From an uncultured Thermoleophilia bacterium (GTDB lineage: Bacteria > Actinomycetota > Thermoleophilia > UBA2241), in assembly GCA_963702475.1 (NCBI GenBank), contig CAVPCT010000002.1:256001-320000 (forward strand): DNA of 64,000 nt. Reading direction: 5' to 3'. Under the pieces are notes generated by a model, which was not told the DNA's origin, searched no databases, and was given only the letters and a program-made list of their open reading frames with translations. The translations under genes were made by a program, and so were the position numbers. Below are positions 8,316 through 19,152 of this stretch, one piece after another. The first letter of the stretch is position 1. Every line of letters begins with the position of its first letter.

Positions 8316-9994
8316 GCACCGCAGCATCGTTTCGGGAGGCGGTCGAGCGGCGCTTGGCCGAACTGGCCCGGCAGGACGTGGCCGAGCGCCTTTGGCAGGC
8401 CGACACGACCCTGTGGAAGGATGGCGACGCGGCCCACCAGAAGATCGTCGCCGACTCGCTCGGGTGGCTCAGCGTGTTCGAGGCGGTGCGCGGTGAGCTC
8501 ACCGGTCTGCGCGCCTTCGTCGACGAGTTGCGTGCCGAGGGCTACCGCTCCGCGGTGCTGCTCGGCATGGGCGGCTCGAGCCTGGCGCCCGAGGTCATGG
8601 CGCAGGCCTTCGGCACGGCGCCGGGGTATCTCGAGCTCACCGTGCTCGACACCACCGACCCGGCGGCCATCGCTGAGGTAGAACGTGGCCTGGACCTCGA
8701 GTCCACGCTGTTCATCGTGGCCAGCAAGTCGGGCGGCACCACCGAGACGTCCTCGCTGCACGCCTACTTCTACCAACGTCTGCGCGAGCTGGACGGCGAC
8801 CACGCCGGCCACCACTTCGTGGCCGTCACCGACGAGGACACCTCGCTCGAGAAGGAGGCGCTGGCGCAGGGCTTCCGCGCCGTCTTCGTCAATCCGTCTG
8901 ACATCGGCGGGCGCTACTCGGCCCTGAGCTTCTTCGGTATCGTGCCGGCGGCGCTCATGGGCGTCGACCTCGAGCGGCTGCTGGACGGCGTCCGCAGCAT
9001 GGCGCGGGCCTGCGGCCCCGACGTGCCGCCCGCGGGGTCGCCGGCGCTGCGGCTCGCTGCGATCCTCGGCGAGGCCAGTCTCGCCGGGCGGGACAAGGTC
9101 ACGCTGGCGACCTCGCCGGCGGTCGGCGATCTCGGCGCCTGGGTGGAGCAGCTCGTCGCTGAGAGCACCGGCAAGGAGGGGGTGGGTCTCTTCCCGGTCG
9201 ACGGGGAGCCCCTCGGGCCTGCGGAGGCGTACGGCGACGACCGCTTGTTCGTGTACACGCGCCTGCCGGGGGCCGTGGATGCCGACCAGGAAGAGGCGGT
9301 GGCCGCGCTCGAAGACGCAGGGTTCCCTGTGGAGCGCATCGACTGCCGAGATGTGTACGGGCTGGGCGGCCTGTTCCTGTTGTGGGAGATCGCGGTGGCC
9401 CTGGCCGGGTCCATCCTCGGCATCGACGCCTTCGACCAGCCCAACGTGCAGGAGAGCAAGGACAACACCAAGCGCGTGCTGGCGGAGATCGCGGCCGGCG
9501 CGGAGCCGGCGCCACCAACGGGGGAGCGCGGTCAGCTCGTCGCCTGCGCTTTGGGCGACGAGCTGCTCGAGCCTGCCCTGCGGGACCTGCTGGCCGGCGC
9601 GGCGCCCCCGGCCTACGTCGCCCTGCAGGCCTGGGTCACGCCCGGCGCAGAGGCGCGCCTCGAGTTGCGGAGCATGCGCGAGGCGCTGCGCGACAGGTTC
9701 CGCGTGGCCACCAGCGACGGCTTCGGCCCACGCTTTCTGCACTCCACCGGGCAGTACCACAAGGGCGGGCCTGCTCACGGCGTCTTCCTGCAGCTCGTGA
9801 GCTCCGGAGGCCCCGAGCTGCCTGTGCCCGGGCAGTCGTATACGTTCGGTGCTCTCAAACACGCGCAGGCCCTCGGCGACCTGCAGGCGCTCGTCGCCCA
9901 CGGCTGCCGTGTGCTGCGCGTCGATCTCGGCGACGACCCGGTCGAGGGGCTCAGGGCGTTCCGCATGCGCCTCGAGACCGTGCTGGGCCGTTAG
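8312..9994 (+). CDS. pgi: Glucose-6-phosphate isomerase (type found in Tal-Pgi fusions)
   Basis: GMGGSSL, SKSGGT, GGRYS, EQLVAESTGK, QPNVQESK, HSTGQYHKGG. Confidence 0.92.
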   Translation: MSTAASFREAVERRLAELARQDVAERLWQADTTLWKDGDAAHQKIVADSLGWLSVFEAVRGELTGLRAFVDELRAEGYRSAVLLGMGGSSLAPEVMAQAFGTAPGYLELTVLDTTDPAAIAEVERGLDLESTLFIVASKSGGTTETSSLHAYFYQRLRELDGDHAGHHFVAVTDEDTSLEKEALAQGFRAVFVNPSDIGGRYSALSFFGIVPAALMGVDLERLLDGVRSMARACGPDVPPAGSPALRLAAILGEASLAGRDKVTLATSPAVGDLGAWVEQLVAESTGKEGVGLFPVDGEPLGPAEAYGDDRLFVYTRLPGAVDADQEEAVAALEDAGFPVERIDCRDVYGLGGLFLLWEIAVALAGSILGIDAFDQPNVQESKDNTKRVLAEIAAGAEPAPPTGERGQLVACALGDELLEPALRDLLAGAAPPAYVALQAWVTPGAEARLELRSMREALRDRFRVATSDGFGPRFLHSTGQYHKGGPAHGVFLQLVSSGGPELPVPGQSYTFGALKHAQALGDLQALVAHGCRVLRVDLGDDPVEGLRAFRMRLETVLGR

Positions 9995-10181
9995 GGCACG
10001 GTCGCCGGCGGCTGGACGAGGTTCTCGCGAGTCCCACGTCGCTGGACTGACCCGCCGGTGCCTGGTCCGCTTCCGGCGGTCGAGAACCACGCCGGCGCGG
10101 TGGTTTGTGCGAGCACCGCGCCGGGCACGACCCGGTCGACGTGGACGACCCGGGCCGGCTACGGCGCACCGAGGAGGCAGT

Positions 10182-11085
10182 ATGGAACTGGGAATGGTCG
10201 GTCTGGGCCGCATGGGCGGCAACATGGCGCGGCGGCTGCTGCGCGGCGGCCACCGCGTCGTCGTGTGGAACCGCACGTATGCAAAGGCGGAGGAGCTCGG
10301 CGCCGAGGGCGCCGAGCCGGTGCGGGAGCTCGTCGACGTCGTCGCGGCTCTGCAGCCGCCCCGCGTGATCTGGTTCATGCTGCCGTACGGCGATCCCACG
10401 CAGGAGGCCATCGACGCGCTCGTCCCGCTGCTGGACGAGGGCGACATCCTCATCGACGGCGGCAACTCGCCGTTCCAGCACGACATCGAGCGCGGCGCCG
10501 CGCTCGGCGGCAAAGGCCTGCGGTACCTCGACGCCGGCACCAGCGGCGGCGTGTGGGGCCTCGAGGTCGGCTACTGCCTCATGGTCGGCGGCGAGCGCTC
10601 GGCGTTCGACCACATCGAAGCCGATCCTCAAGACGCTGGCGCCGCCCGGCCACGGGTACGAGTACTGCGGTGGTCACGGCTCCGGCCACTTCGTCAAGAT
10701 GGTCCACAACGGCATCGAGTACGGCATGATGCAGGCCTACGCCGAGGGCTTCGAGCTGCTCAACGCGACCCAGTGGGACCTCGATCTCGCTTCCATCGCC
10801 GACCTGTGGAACCAGGGCAGCGTGGTGCGCAGCTGGCTGCTCGAGCTGGCCGCCGACGCGCTCAAGAAGGACCCCGGCCTGCAGGGGATCACCGGGTACG
10901 TGGAGGACACCGGCGAGGGACGCTGGACGGTGGAGCAGGCCATCCAGCACTCGGTACCGATGCCGGCCATCTCGGCCGCCCTGTTCATGCGCTTCCGTTC
11001 GCGCCAGGAGGACAGCTTCGCGGGCAAGGTACTGGCCGCCCTGCGCAACGAGTTCGGCGGCCACGCCGTCCAGGAGAAGGCGTGA
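10182..11085 (+). CDS. gnd: 6-phosphogluconate dehydrogenase (short decarboxylating type); +1 frameshift at ~10619
   Basis: GLGRMG, DGGNS, DAGTSGG in one frame; [14 protein letters not shown]...RNEFGGH in the next; junction cac atc gaa g ccg atc. Confidence 0.9.
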
Positions 11086-11182
11086 ACAGCCGCCGAAGCG
11101 ACGCTCCGGAGGGGGGCGCCGACGGCGTGCCCCTCTGCGTCGCGGCGGCCGCGGCGGGCGGCGCCCTGGAGCGGCACGCGCG

Positions 11183-12871
11183 ATGAGCGACAGGTCGGAC
11201 CAGCCGCGGTACCGGGATGAGGCCCCCGAGCCGCACATCGGCTACGAGGACGTCGACCGCTTCGCGGACGACGAGGGGCTGCGGGTCGGGGGCCTTGCGC
11301 AGCGCGACGCCGAGCCCTCGCCGTTCGGCGGCCGGCGCGACCCCGATCCGTGCAGCCTCGTCATCTTCGGGGTCACCGGCGATCTCACGCACCGCAAGCT
11401 CATCCCGGCCCTCTACGACCTCGGCTGTCACGGCGTGCTGCCGGCGGACACCACCCTCGTCGGCTACGGCCGGCAGGGCCTGGCCGACGATCCTCTCCGC
11501 GCCCGCATGCGCGAGGCCATCGACGACCACTACGGGCAGGCCGACGTGGACGGCGCCCTGTGCGAGCGCATCCTGCGAGCGCCCAAGTACGTGCAGGGCG
11601 AGCTCGACGAGCCCGAGGGCTACGCGCGGCTCGCGGACACGCTGGACGACCTCGACAGACAGGGCAGCCGCGGCAACCGCATGTTCTACCTGGCCACGCC
11701 GCCCAGTCAGTTCGAGCCGATCATCAGGCGGCTGGGTGAGGCCGGACTGGCGCGCCGCGGGGCCTTCGACGCGGCGCACGGAATGGGCGAGCCGGCCGGC
11801 TGGACGCGCATCGTGATCGAGAAGCCGTTCGGGCGCGACCTGACAACGGCGCAGTACCTTAACGCGGTCCTCGCCGAAGTCTTCTACGAGCGGCAGGTGT
11901 ACCGCATCGACCACTACCTCGCCAAGGAGACAGCGCAGAACCTGCTGGTGCTGCGCTTCGCCAACGGCATCTTCGAGCCGGTGTGGAACCGGCGGTACGT
12001 GGACTACGTGGAGATCACGGCCGCGGAGACGCTTGGCGTCGAGCACCGCGGCCCGTACTACGAGGAGGCCGGTGCGCTGCGCGACATGGTCACGCCGCAC
12101 CTCATCCAGCTGTTCACGCTGGTCGCCATGGAGCCGCCGGTCGCCTTCGACGCCGACGGCGTGCGCGACGAGAAGCTCAAGGTGCTGCGCGCCGTGCGGC
12201 CCATCCCCCGGCACCTGGTGGGGCAGTGGGCCGTGCGCGGCCAATATGTGCAGGGCCTCGCCGGTGGCGAGCAGGTCCCCGCGTACAGGGCGGAGGACCG
12301 CGTCGCTCCCGATTCGTACACCGAGACGTACGCCGCGGTGAAGCTTCTGGTGGACAACTGGCGCTGGCAGGGCGTGCCGTTCTACCTGCGAACCGGCAAG
12401 CGCATGGCGCGCCGCGTGACGGAGATCGCCATCCACTTCCGGCAGCCGCCCGTCCGCCTCTTCAGGGACGTGGGCGCGGGCGGCCTGCGGCCCAACACGC
12501 TGGTGTTGCGCGTGCAGCCGGACGAGGGCTTCTCGCTGCACATCCAGTCCAAGGCTCCCGGCCACGGGGTGTGTCTGCAGTCGGTGGCCATGGACTACTC
12601 CTACGGAACGACCCTCCACGAGCTCCCGTTCAGCGCCTACGAGACGGTGCTGGTGGATGCCATGGAGGGCGACATGACCCTGTTCACGCGCGGCGACCAG
12701 GCCGAGGAGGCCTGGCGGATCGTCGGCCCTGTCCTGGACGAGTGGGCCGCCAGGCCGAGCCGCGGGATCCCCATCTACGAGGCCGGCAGCTGGGGGCCGG
12801 AGGCGGCGGACTCGCTCATCGCCGCCGACGGCCACACGTGGCGCCGACCGGCAAAGGACGGTGAGGTATGA
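11183..12871 (+). CDS. zwf: Glucose-6-phosphate 1-dehydrogenase
   Basis: IFGVTGDL, RIDHYLAKE, EKPFG, RWQGVPFYLRTGK. Confidence 0.97.
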   Translation: MSDRSDQPRYRDEAPEPHIGYEDVDRFADDEGLRVGGLAQRDAEPSPFGGRRDPDPCSLVIFGVTGDLTHRKLIPALYDLGCHGVLPADTTLVGYGRQGLADDPLRARMREAIDDHYGQADVDGALCERILRAPKYVQGELDEPEGYARLADTLDDLDRQGSRGNRMFYLATPPSQFEPIIRRLGEAGLARRGAFDAAHGMGEPAGWTRIVIEKPFGRDLTTAQYLNAVLAEVFYERQVYRIDHYLAKETAQNLLVLRFANGIFEPVWNRRYVDYVEITAAETLGVEHRGPYYEEAGALRDMVTPHLIQLFTLVAMEPPVAFDADGVRDEKLKVLRAVRPIPRHLVGQWAVRGQYVQGLAGGEQVPAYRAEDRVAPDSYTETYAAVKLLVDNWRWQGVPFYLRTGKRMARRVTEIAIHFRQPPVRLFRDVGAGGLRPNTLVLRVQPDEGFSLHIQSKAPGHGVCLQSVAMDYSYGTTLHELPFSAYETVLVDAMEGDMTLFTRGDQAEEAWRIVGPVLDEWAARPSRGIPIYEAGSWGPEAADSLIAADGHTWRRPAKDGEV

Positions 12872-13614
12872 GCATCGAGATCTACCCCGACGCAGAGGCG
12901 CTGGCCCTGCACACGGCGGACGTGCTGGCCATGGCGGCGCAAGAGGCCGCCGCCGCCCGCGGCCGCTTCGCGGTCGCGCTGAGTGGCGGCGAGACGCCGA
13001 CGACCCTGTACCGCATGCTGGCGCGCCAGCAGTTCAGCCAGAAGATCCCCTGGCGGCGCGTCCAGCTGTACTGGGGCGACGAGCGCTGCGTGTCGCCCGA
13101 CGATCCGACCAGCAACTACGGCGTGGCCCGCGAGACGTTCATCAAGCACGTGCCGATCGCGCCGGCGAACGTGCATCGCATGCTCGGCGAGGAGGAACCC
13201 GGGAAGGCCGCCGAAACGTACGAGAAGGAATTGCGCGACCTCGCCGCCAAGGAACGGCCTCCGAGCGGCGTGCCGGTCTTCGACCTGGTCCTGCTCGGTC
13301 TGGGCAGGGACGGGCACACGGCGTCGCTCTTTCCGCGCAGCGACGCCCTCACCGTTGAAGACAGGTTCTGCGTGGCCACGCAGGCGCCGGACGGGTCGCC
13401 GCGCCTCACCGTCACCGCGCCGGTCATCAACGCCGCCCGGCGCGTGTGGTTCTACGTGAGCGGCGCCGACAAGGCCGGCATGGTCGCGGAGGTCCTCGAG
13501 GGCCTGCGTGCGCCGCTGGCCGTGCCGGCCCAGGGCGTCGCGCCCGTCCACGGCACGCTCACCTGGCTGCTCGACGAAGCCGCGGCAGCCGAGCTCAGCC
13601 CCAACGTCCGCTGA
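12868..13614 (+). CDS. pgl: 6-phosphogluconolactonase
   Basis: LSGGETP, WGDERCV, LGLGRDGHTASLFP. Confidence 0.95.
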   Translation: MSIEIYPDAEALALHTADVLAMAAQEAAAARGRFAVALSGGETPTTLYRMLARQQFSQKIPWRRVQLYWGDERCVSPDDPTSNYGVARETFIKHVPIAPANVHRMLGEEEPGKAAETYEKELRDLAAKERPPSGVPVFDLVLLGLGRDGHTASLFPRSDALTVEDRFCVATQAPDGSPRLTVTAPVINAARRVWFYVSGADKAGMVAEVLEGLRAPLAVPAQGVAPVHGTLTWLLDEAAAAELSPNVR

Positions 13615-13626
13615 AGGGAGGCCCCG

Positions 13627-13935
13627 ATGAGCACGGGCTTCGACACGCCCGGCACCTACGACGTGCTCGCCGCCGACGGCACGGTGTGGCGGTTCCGCGC
13701 CGACCAGTTCGAGCAGTTCGCCGAGGCGCGCACGCGCGAGGACCGCGAGCGGCTCGTCGGCGAGGGCTGGACGCCGCTCGACGAGCGCATCGAGCCGGGG
13801 GTCACGCCGCCGCACAAGTCGGCCGTCAAGGAGGCGTTCCTGGAGACGGTCACGCCTCCGGAACCTGCCGGGCACGTGACCGTCTACGTCCTCGGCAAGC
13901 TCAAGCCCGGCGCCGAGGGCGTCAAGGTCGTCTGA
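13627..13935 (+). CDS. Hypothetical protein (paralog of next gene)
   Basis: RBS GGGAGG; GWxxLDER and YVLGxLK motifs. Confidence 0.75.
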   Translation: MSTGFDTPGTYDVLAADGTVWRFRADQFEQFAEARTREDRERLVGEGWTPLDERIEPGVTPPHKSAVKEAFLETVTPPEPAGHVTVYVLGKLKPGAEGVKVV

Positions 13936-13963
13936 TCGGGGGGCGACAGGGAGAGGGGACCAC

Positions 13964-14290
13964 GTGAGCCAGGACGACGTGCGCAGCTTCGAGATAGCGG
14001 ACTCCGGCGGTGACGCGCGCCGCTACCTCGAGACCGACTTCGACGAGGTCTTCGCGACGCGCGACGAGCCGGAGATGCGGCGGCACCTGGGCTTGGGATG
14101 GCTGCTGCTCGACGAGCGCGTCGAGCGCGCGGACGGGCCCCGCCGCGAATGGCTCGACACGCTCCTGCGCCGCAGCGCCGGACGCGTTCTGCCGGCGGCC
14201 GCCGACCCTGTCGGCGGGGCGGCCGCCGGCGCGACCATGTACGTCCTGGGGCACCTCAAGGAGGGCGCGAGCGGGCAGCCACTCGGGTGA
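13964..14290 (+). CDS. Hypothetical protein (paralog of previous gene)
   Basis: GWLLLDERVE, MYVLGHLKEG. Confidence 0.75.
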   Translation: MSQDDVRSFEIADSGGDARRYLETDFDEVFATRDEPEMRRHLGLGWLLLDERVERADGPRREWLDTLLRRSAGRVLPAAADPVGGAAAGATMYVLGHLKEGASGQPLG

Positions 14291-14419
14291 GCGCTCGCGC
14301 CCTGGGCGGCCGGCACGGCACGCCGGCACCCATGTCCTGTATCGATGGTGATCATGACATACGCTATCGATATCGACCGAAGAACGGTATGATGACGGCG
14401 TCCCACGAGGAGGCCAGCC

Positions 14420-14629
14420 ATGCCCATCGCCGTCATCTCGCCGAAGTTCCAGATCGTGATCCCCAAGGAGATCCGCGAGCGCCTCGAGCTCAAGCCGGGC
14501 CAGAAGGTGGCCCTTATCGAGAGGCAGGGTCTCGTCACCATGGTCCCGCACCGCCCGCTGTCTGAGCTGCGCGGCATCGCCAAGGGCGCTCCCACCGATG
14601 ACTACCGTGACGAGACCGACCGGTTCTGA
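14420..14629 (+). CDS. vapB: AbrB/MazE/SpoVT-family antitoxin
   Basis: ISPKFQIVIPKEIRERLELKPG. Confidence 0.92.
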   Translation: MPIAVISPKFQIVIPKEIRERLELKPGQKVALIERQGLVTMVPHRPLSELRGIAKGAPTDDYRDETDRF

Positions 14630-15005
14630 CGGACTGCGGGTCGTCGACTCGTCGGTCTGGATCGAGCACCTGGCGGACGGCGCGCGCGCAGAAGCCTGTC
14701 GCACCGTATTGGCCGACGAGGCACGCGTCGTGACCCCGGCACAGGTCCTGTACGAGGTGTACCGGTGGACGCGACGGCACTGCGGTGAGTCGGTGGCCAT
14801 GGAGGTCGTCGGTCACATGGAATACACCCGGCTGGTGCCGGCGGACGTCACGGTCGCCATCGTCGCGGTCGACCTGAGCCTGGACCACGGTCTGTCTGCG
14901 GCGGACGCGCTCATCTACGCCACCGCCCGCCTGGCCCCGGCGGAGCTCGTGACGGTGGACGGTGACTTCCGCGGGCTGCCGGGCGTCACGCTGATCGGGG
15001 AGTGA
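14598..15005 (+). CDS. vapC: PIN-domain toxin
   Basis: VVDSSVWIE, LYEV, ADALIYATA, VTVDGDF; overlaps the antitoxin. Confidence 0.92.
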   Translation: MTTVTRPTGSDGLRVVDSSVWIEHLADGARAEACRTVLADEARVVTPAQVLYEVYRWTRRHCGESVAMEVVGHMEYTRLVPADVTVAIVAVDLSLDHGLSAADALIYATARLAPAELVTVDGDFRGLPGVTLIGE

Positions 15006-15057
15006 GCGGGGCGTCCGGCGCAAGGAGTCCGCGCGGCGGCCGCGAAGCACGTCAGTC

Positions 15058-15663
15058 ATGGCTGCCGGACGCCGACCCTTCCTCTCCGCCCCCGTCGTGC
15101 GGGGCCTCGACCTGCTCCTCCTCGCGTGGGTGCTCGCCTGGCTCGTGGTGGGCGTCGCCGTCGGACGCGCGGTGTGGGACGTGAGCGCGATCGCCGACCC
15201 GATCATCCGCAACGCCGCCGGCGTGAGCGACGCGACGCACAGCCTGGACAAGCTCCGCTCGGTCCCGCTGGTGGGCGGCGTGCTCGGCGATGCGGTCGGC
15301 GGCGTGCGGGCCCCGTTCGACAAGACACGCGCTGAGGCCCAGCTCGTCAAGGACCGGGTGCGTCAGGTGGGCGTCGTGGTGGGCCTGCTGCTGGCCCTGG
15401 CCCCGACGCTCCTCGCGCTCGTGGTCTATCTGCCGTTCCGCATGCGCTGGCGCCGTGACGTCGCGGCCGTGCGGGCGGCGCTGGCGCACGACCCGTACGA
15501 CCTCGTGCTGCAGCGGTACCTCGCCCTGCGCGTGGTGCAGGGCCTCCGCTACGACGAGCTGCTCGCGCTCAGCCACGATCCGTGGCACGACATCGTGACC
15601 GGGCACGCCTGGCCGATCGCGGATCTGGAGCTGCGGCGGCTCGGCCTCTCGCGCGGCGTCTGA
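15058..15663 (+). CDS. Membrane protein (actinobacterial type, 2 TM)
   Basis: Two hydrophobic segments; ends LELRRLGL. Confidence 0.75.
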   Translation: MAAGRRPFLSAPVVRGLDLLLLAWVLAWLVVGVAVGRAVWDVSAIADPIIRNAAGVSDATHSLDKLRSVPLVGGVLGDAVGGVRAPFDKTRAEAQLVKDRVRQVGVVVGLLLALAPTLLALVVYLPFRMRWRRDVAAVRAALAHDPYDLVLQRYLALRVVQGLRYDELLALSHDPWHDIVTGHAWPIADLELRRLGLSRGV

Positions 15664-15707
15664 CGGAGCCGATGGGCGGCGGCCTGCGCTTGGACGCGCC
15701 GCCCCGG

Positions 15708-15716
15708 TGGTACACT
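15708..15716 (+). promoter_or_regulatory. Extended -10 promoter of rnpB
   Basis: TGG-TACACT just upstream of the RNA 5' end. Confidence 0.65.
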
Positions 15717-15721
15717 TCGAA

Positions 15722-16101
15722 GGCAAGCCAGGTGGCCGCGTCGGGGCCGCGTCGCGGTGCTGTTCGCAGCCCGCGAGGCACTTCGTCGAGGAAAGTCCGG
15801 ACACCGCAGAGCAGGGCGCTGGCTAACGGCCAGCCGGGGAAACCCGAGGGAAAGCGCAACAGAGAGCAGACCGCCAGCGGCCTCTTCGGAGGTGCGGGCA
15901 AGGGTGAAACGGTGAGGTAAGAGCTCACCAGCGGTCCTGGTGACAGGCCGGCTCGGCAAGCCCCGCCTGGTGCAAGGCCAAATAGGGGAGTGTTTGAGGG
16001 TTGCTCGCCCGAGACTCCCGGGTTCCGGCCGCTTGAGCCGTCCGGCAACGGACGGCCGAGATGGATGGTCACCCACGACAGGATCCGGCTTACGGCTTGC
16101 T
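15722..16101 (+). ncRNA. rnpB: RNase P RNA, type A
   Basis: GAGGAAAGTCCGGAC, GGGTGAAACGGTGAGGTAAGAG, ACAGGATCCGGCTTA; P1 GGCAAGCC/GGCTTGCT. Confidence 0.97.
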
Positions 16102-16104
16102 ACA

Positions 16105-16141
16105 GAAAGGCCCCTCGGTCCAGCTGGGCGAGGGGCCTTTC
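16105..16141 (+). terminator. Intrinsic terminator after rnpB
   Basis: GAAAGGCCCCTCG...CGAGGGGCCTTTC inverted repeat. Confidence 0.8.
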
Positions 16142-16224
16142 CACGTACGGGGCGTGACGCGCTGGTCGCGTCTGCGGCCGCGTGAACGCCGTCCCCGGTC
16201 GATCGCTGCGGGAATACTCAGACC

Positions 16225-19100
16225 ATGTCGAGCGCTGCGCCGACACACGAGCGGGGCGAGGGGGTGCGCGCACGCCGGCCGTTCGTCCGGCGCCGCCGCG
16301 TGCTGTACTCAGCTGCGCTCGTCGTCGTGGTGCTGGCCCTCGTGGCCGCGATCCTCTCCATCTACACGGACTGGCTGTGGTTCGGCGAGGTCGGCCTGCG
16401 CTCCGTGTTCTGGGCACGTGTCTGGACCGGCCTGGTCGCCGGCGCCGCCGCCGCCGCAGTGTTCCTCGCCGTCTTCATCGGCGACCTGGCACTGGCGGCG
16501 CGTTTGGCGCCTCGCTACCGTCCGGTCGCCGGCGTCGACGTGGTCGAGGCCGTACACGGGACGGCGCAGCGCTGGGTGCGGCGCGCCGGCCTCGCCGTCG
16601 GCGTCCTCGGCGCGCTCATCGCCGGCGCGGCGGCGGCCGGCGCGTGGCTCGTGTTCGCACGCGCCCTCAACGTCGTCCCGTTCGGCGCGTCCGACCCGGT
16701 CTTCCACCACGACCTGGGCTTCTACGTCTTCACGGTGCCGGCGTGGCACTGGGCCTGACGTTCCTGTTCTGGACGGTGTTCGTCACCCTGGTCGCGTGTA
16801 TCGTGGCGCACGTCGCGCTGGGCGGGATCTCCGTGCGCCGCGGCGGGCCGCCTCGGGCGGCGGAGCCGCCGCCTCGCGGGTGGGCGTCGCGGCTGGGTCG
16901 GGGCGTCTCCGCCGCGATCCCGCTCGAAGTCGCGCCCGGCGCGGTCGCCCAGCTTTCGGCGCTGCTCGGCGTGCTCTTCCTGCTCGGCGGCGCCGGCTAC
17001 CTCTTCGCCGCCTGGGATCTTCTGTACTCGACCGCCGGCGCCGTGTTCGGTGCCGGCTACACCGACGTGCACGTGCGCCTGCCGATGCTGCGCGTGCTCA
17101 TGGGCCTGTCCTTCGCGCTCGGCGCCGGGCTCGTGTACAACGCCGCCCGGCCACGCCGCCCGAGCTGGCCGCCGCTCGCCGCCGGCCTGTGGCTCGGCGC
17201 CGTGATCGTGCTGCTGGGCATCGTGCCGGCGGTCTGGCAGGCGCTCGTCGTGAACCCGAACGAGCTGGCCAAGGAGACGCCGTACATCGCCGCGGAGATC
17301 CGGGCCACGCGCGCGGCGTACGGCCTCACGGCGGTGACCGTGACCCCCTACTCGCTGCAGGGCGACCTGTCGGCCGCCGAGCTGCGCGTCAACCAGGTCA
17401 CGGTGCGCAACATCCGCCTCTGGGACCCGGACGTCCTGCGGCGGAGCTACAGCCAGCTCCAGGAGCTGCGTCCGTACTACTCGTTCAGCACGGTGAGCGT
17501 CGACCGCTACCAGCTGGGGGGCGGCTACACGCAGACCATGCTGGCTCCGCGGGAGCTGCAGCGTGACGGTCTGCCGGCCAACGCGCAGACATGGGTCAAC
17601 GAGCATGTCACGTACACGCACGGGTACGGCGTGACGCTGTCCGCGGTGAACCAGGTGGCCTCGGGCGGGACGCCCGACTTCCTCGTGCAGGACATCCCTG
17701 TGGTGTCGTCAGACGCGGCATTGCGGGTGATCCAGCCGCGCATCTACTACGGGCTGCTCGGCACCGACTACGTGCTCGTACGGACCAAGGGACCCGAGTT
17801 CGACTACCCCGGTCCCGGCGGCGACGTCTACACCACCTACGCCGGCACCGGCGGCATCCCGATCGGCGCGTGGTTCGATCGCATCGCCTTCACGGCGCGG
17901 TTCGCCGACATCCGCTTCCTGACCACCACCGCCATCACCGACCGGAGCCGTGTGATCATCTACGACGGTGTCCGCGAGCGTCTCGCGGCGGCGGCGCCCT
18001 TCCTGCGGTTCGACGCCGACCCGTACATGGTGATTGCCGACGGTCAGCTGTACTGGATCGCCGACGCCTACACGACGACCGACCGGGTGCCGTACTCGGA
18101 GCCCAACGGGCGCCTCAACTACCTGCGCAACGCGGTCAAGGCAGTGGTCGACGCCTACGACGGCAGCATGACGTTCTACGTGTTCGACGAGCGGGACCCG
18201 CTGCTCCGCGCGTACCGGCGCATCTTCCCCGGCGTGTTCGCCCCCGCTTCCTCGATGCCGGCCGGCCTGCGCGCCCACGTGCGCTACCCCGAAGACCTCT
18301 TCCGCATCCAGGCGCAGCAGTTCGCCACGTACCACGTCACCGACGCCAGCCTCCTCTACAACAAGGGAGACCAGTGGGAGATCCCTGGCAACGTGTCGAT
18401 CTCGGGCAGCGGGCCCATGGACGCCCTCTACATGGTCATGCGCCTGCCCGGCCAGCAGCGTGAGGAGTTCGTCCTGCTGCTGCCGTTCGTGCCGAACGGC
18501 CGGCCCAACATGATCTCCTGGCTGGGGGCGCAGTCGGACCGGCCGGGCTACGGCAAGGCGGTCGGCTTCCGGTTCCCGTCGAGCCAGAACGTCTTCGGCC
18601 CAGCCCAGGTGGAGGCGGCCATCAACCAGGACCCCACGATCTCGGCGCAGCGCACGCTCTGGGGGCAGCAGGGCTCCGCGGTCATCTTCGGCAACCTGCT
18701 CACGGTGCCCATCGGCGACTCCATGCTCTACGTCCAGCCGCTCTACATCGAGTCGCTGGTCACGCGCCTGCCGCAGATCCAGCGCGTGATCGTCTTCTAC
18801 CGCTCGCCCTCGGCCACGTCGCGCCTGCCGACGGGCCAGCAGCAGAACGTGGTCATGGCGCCCACCCTCGGGGAGGCCCTGGACGAGATCTTCGGGGGCG
18901 GGGCGACGCCGGGAGGCGGCGGTGGCGACGGACGGCCGGCGGGGGCGGCGTTCTCGGCCGCCGCGGCGAAGCTCGTGGCGAGGGCGAGCGCTCAGTACCA
19001 GGCGGCGCAGGCCGACCTGCGGGCCGGCGACCTGGAGGCGTTCGCGCGCGACGTGAAGGCGCTGGGCGAGACCCTGGCCCGGCTCGAGGCGATGCGGTAG
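16225..19100 (+). CDS. UPF0182 family membrane protein; -1 frameshift at ~16753
   Basis: YTDWLWF, DPVFHHDLGFYVF in frame 1; GAGYTDV, NIRLWD, YTHGYG, RYPEDLF, GNLL in frame 2. Confidence 0.92.
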
Positions 19101-19152
19101 GGGCACGGGGTCGGAGGCGCGCCGCCGGCGTGGCCGGCCGGCACGGATCGGT

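Noticed and set aside
7010-9994. 994-aa ORF as a Tal-Pgi fusion
   Set aside because: Tal is in a different frame; the genes overlap by GTGA with an RBS (GAGGAGG) for pgi.
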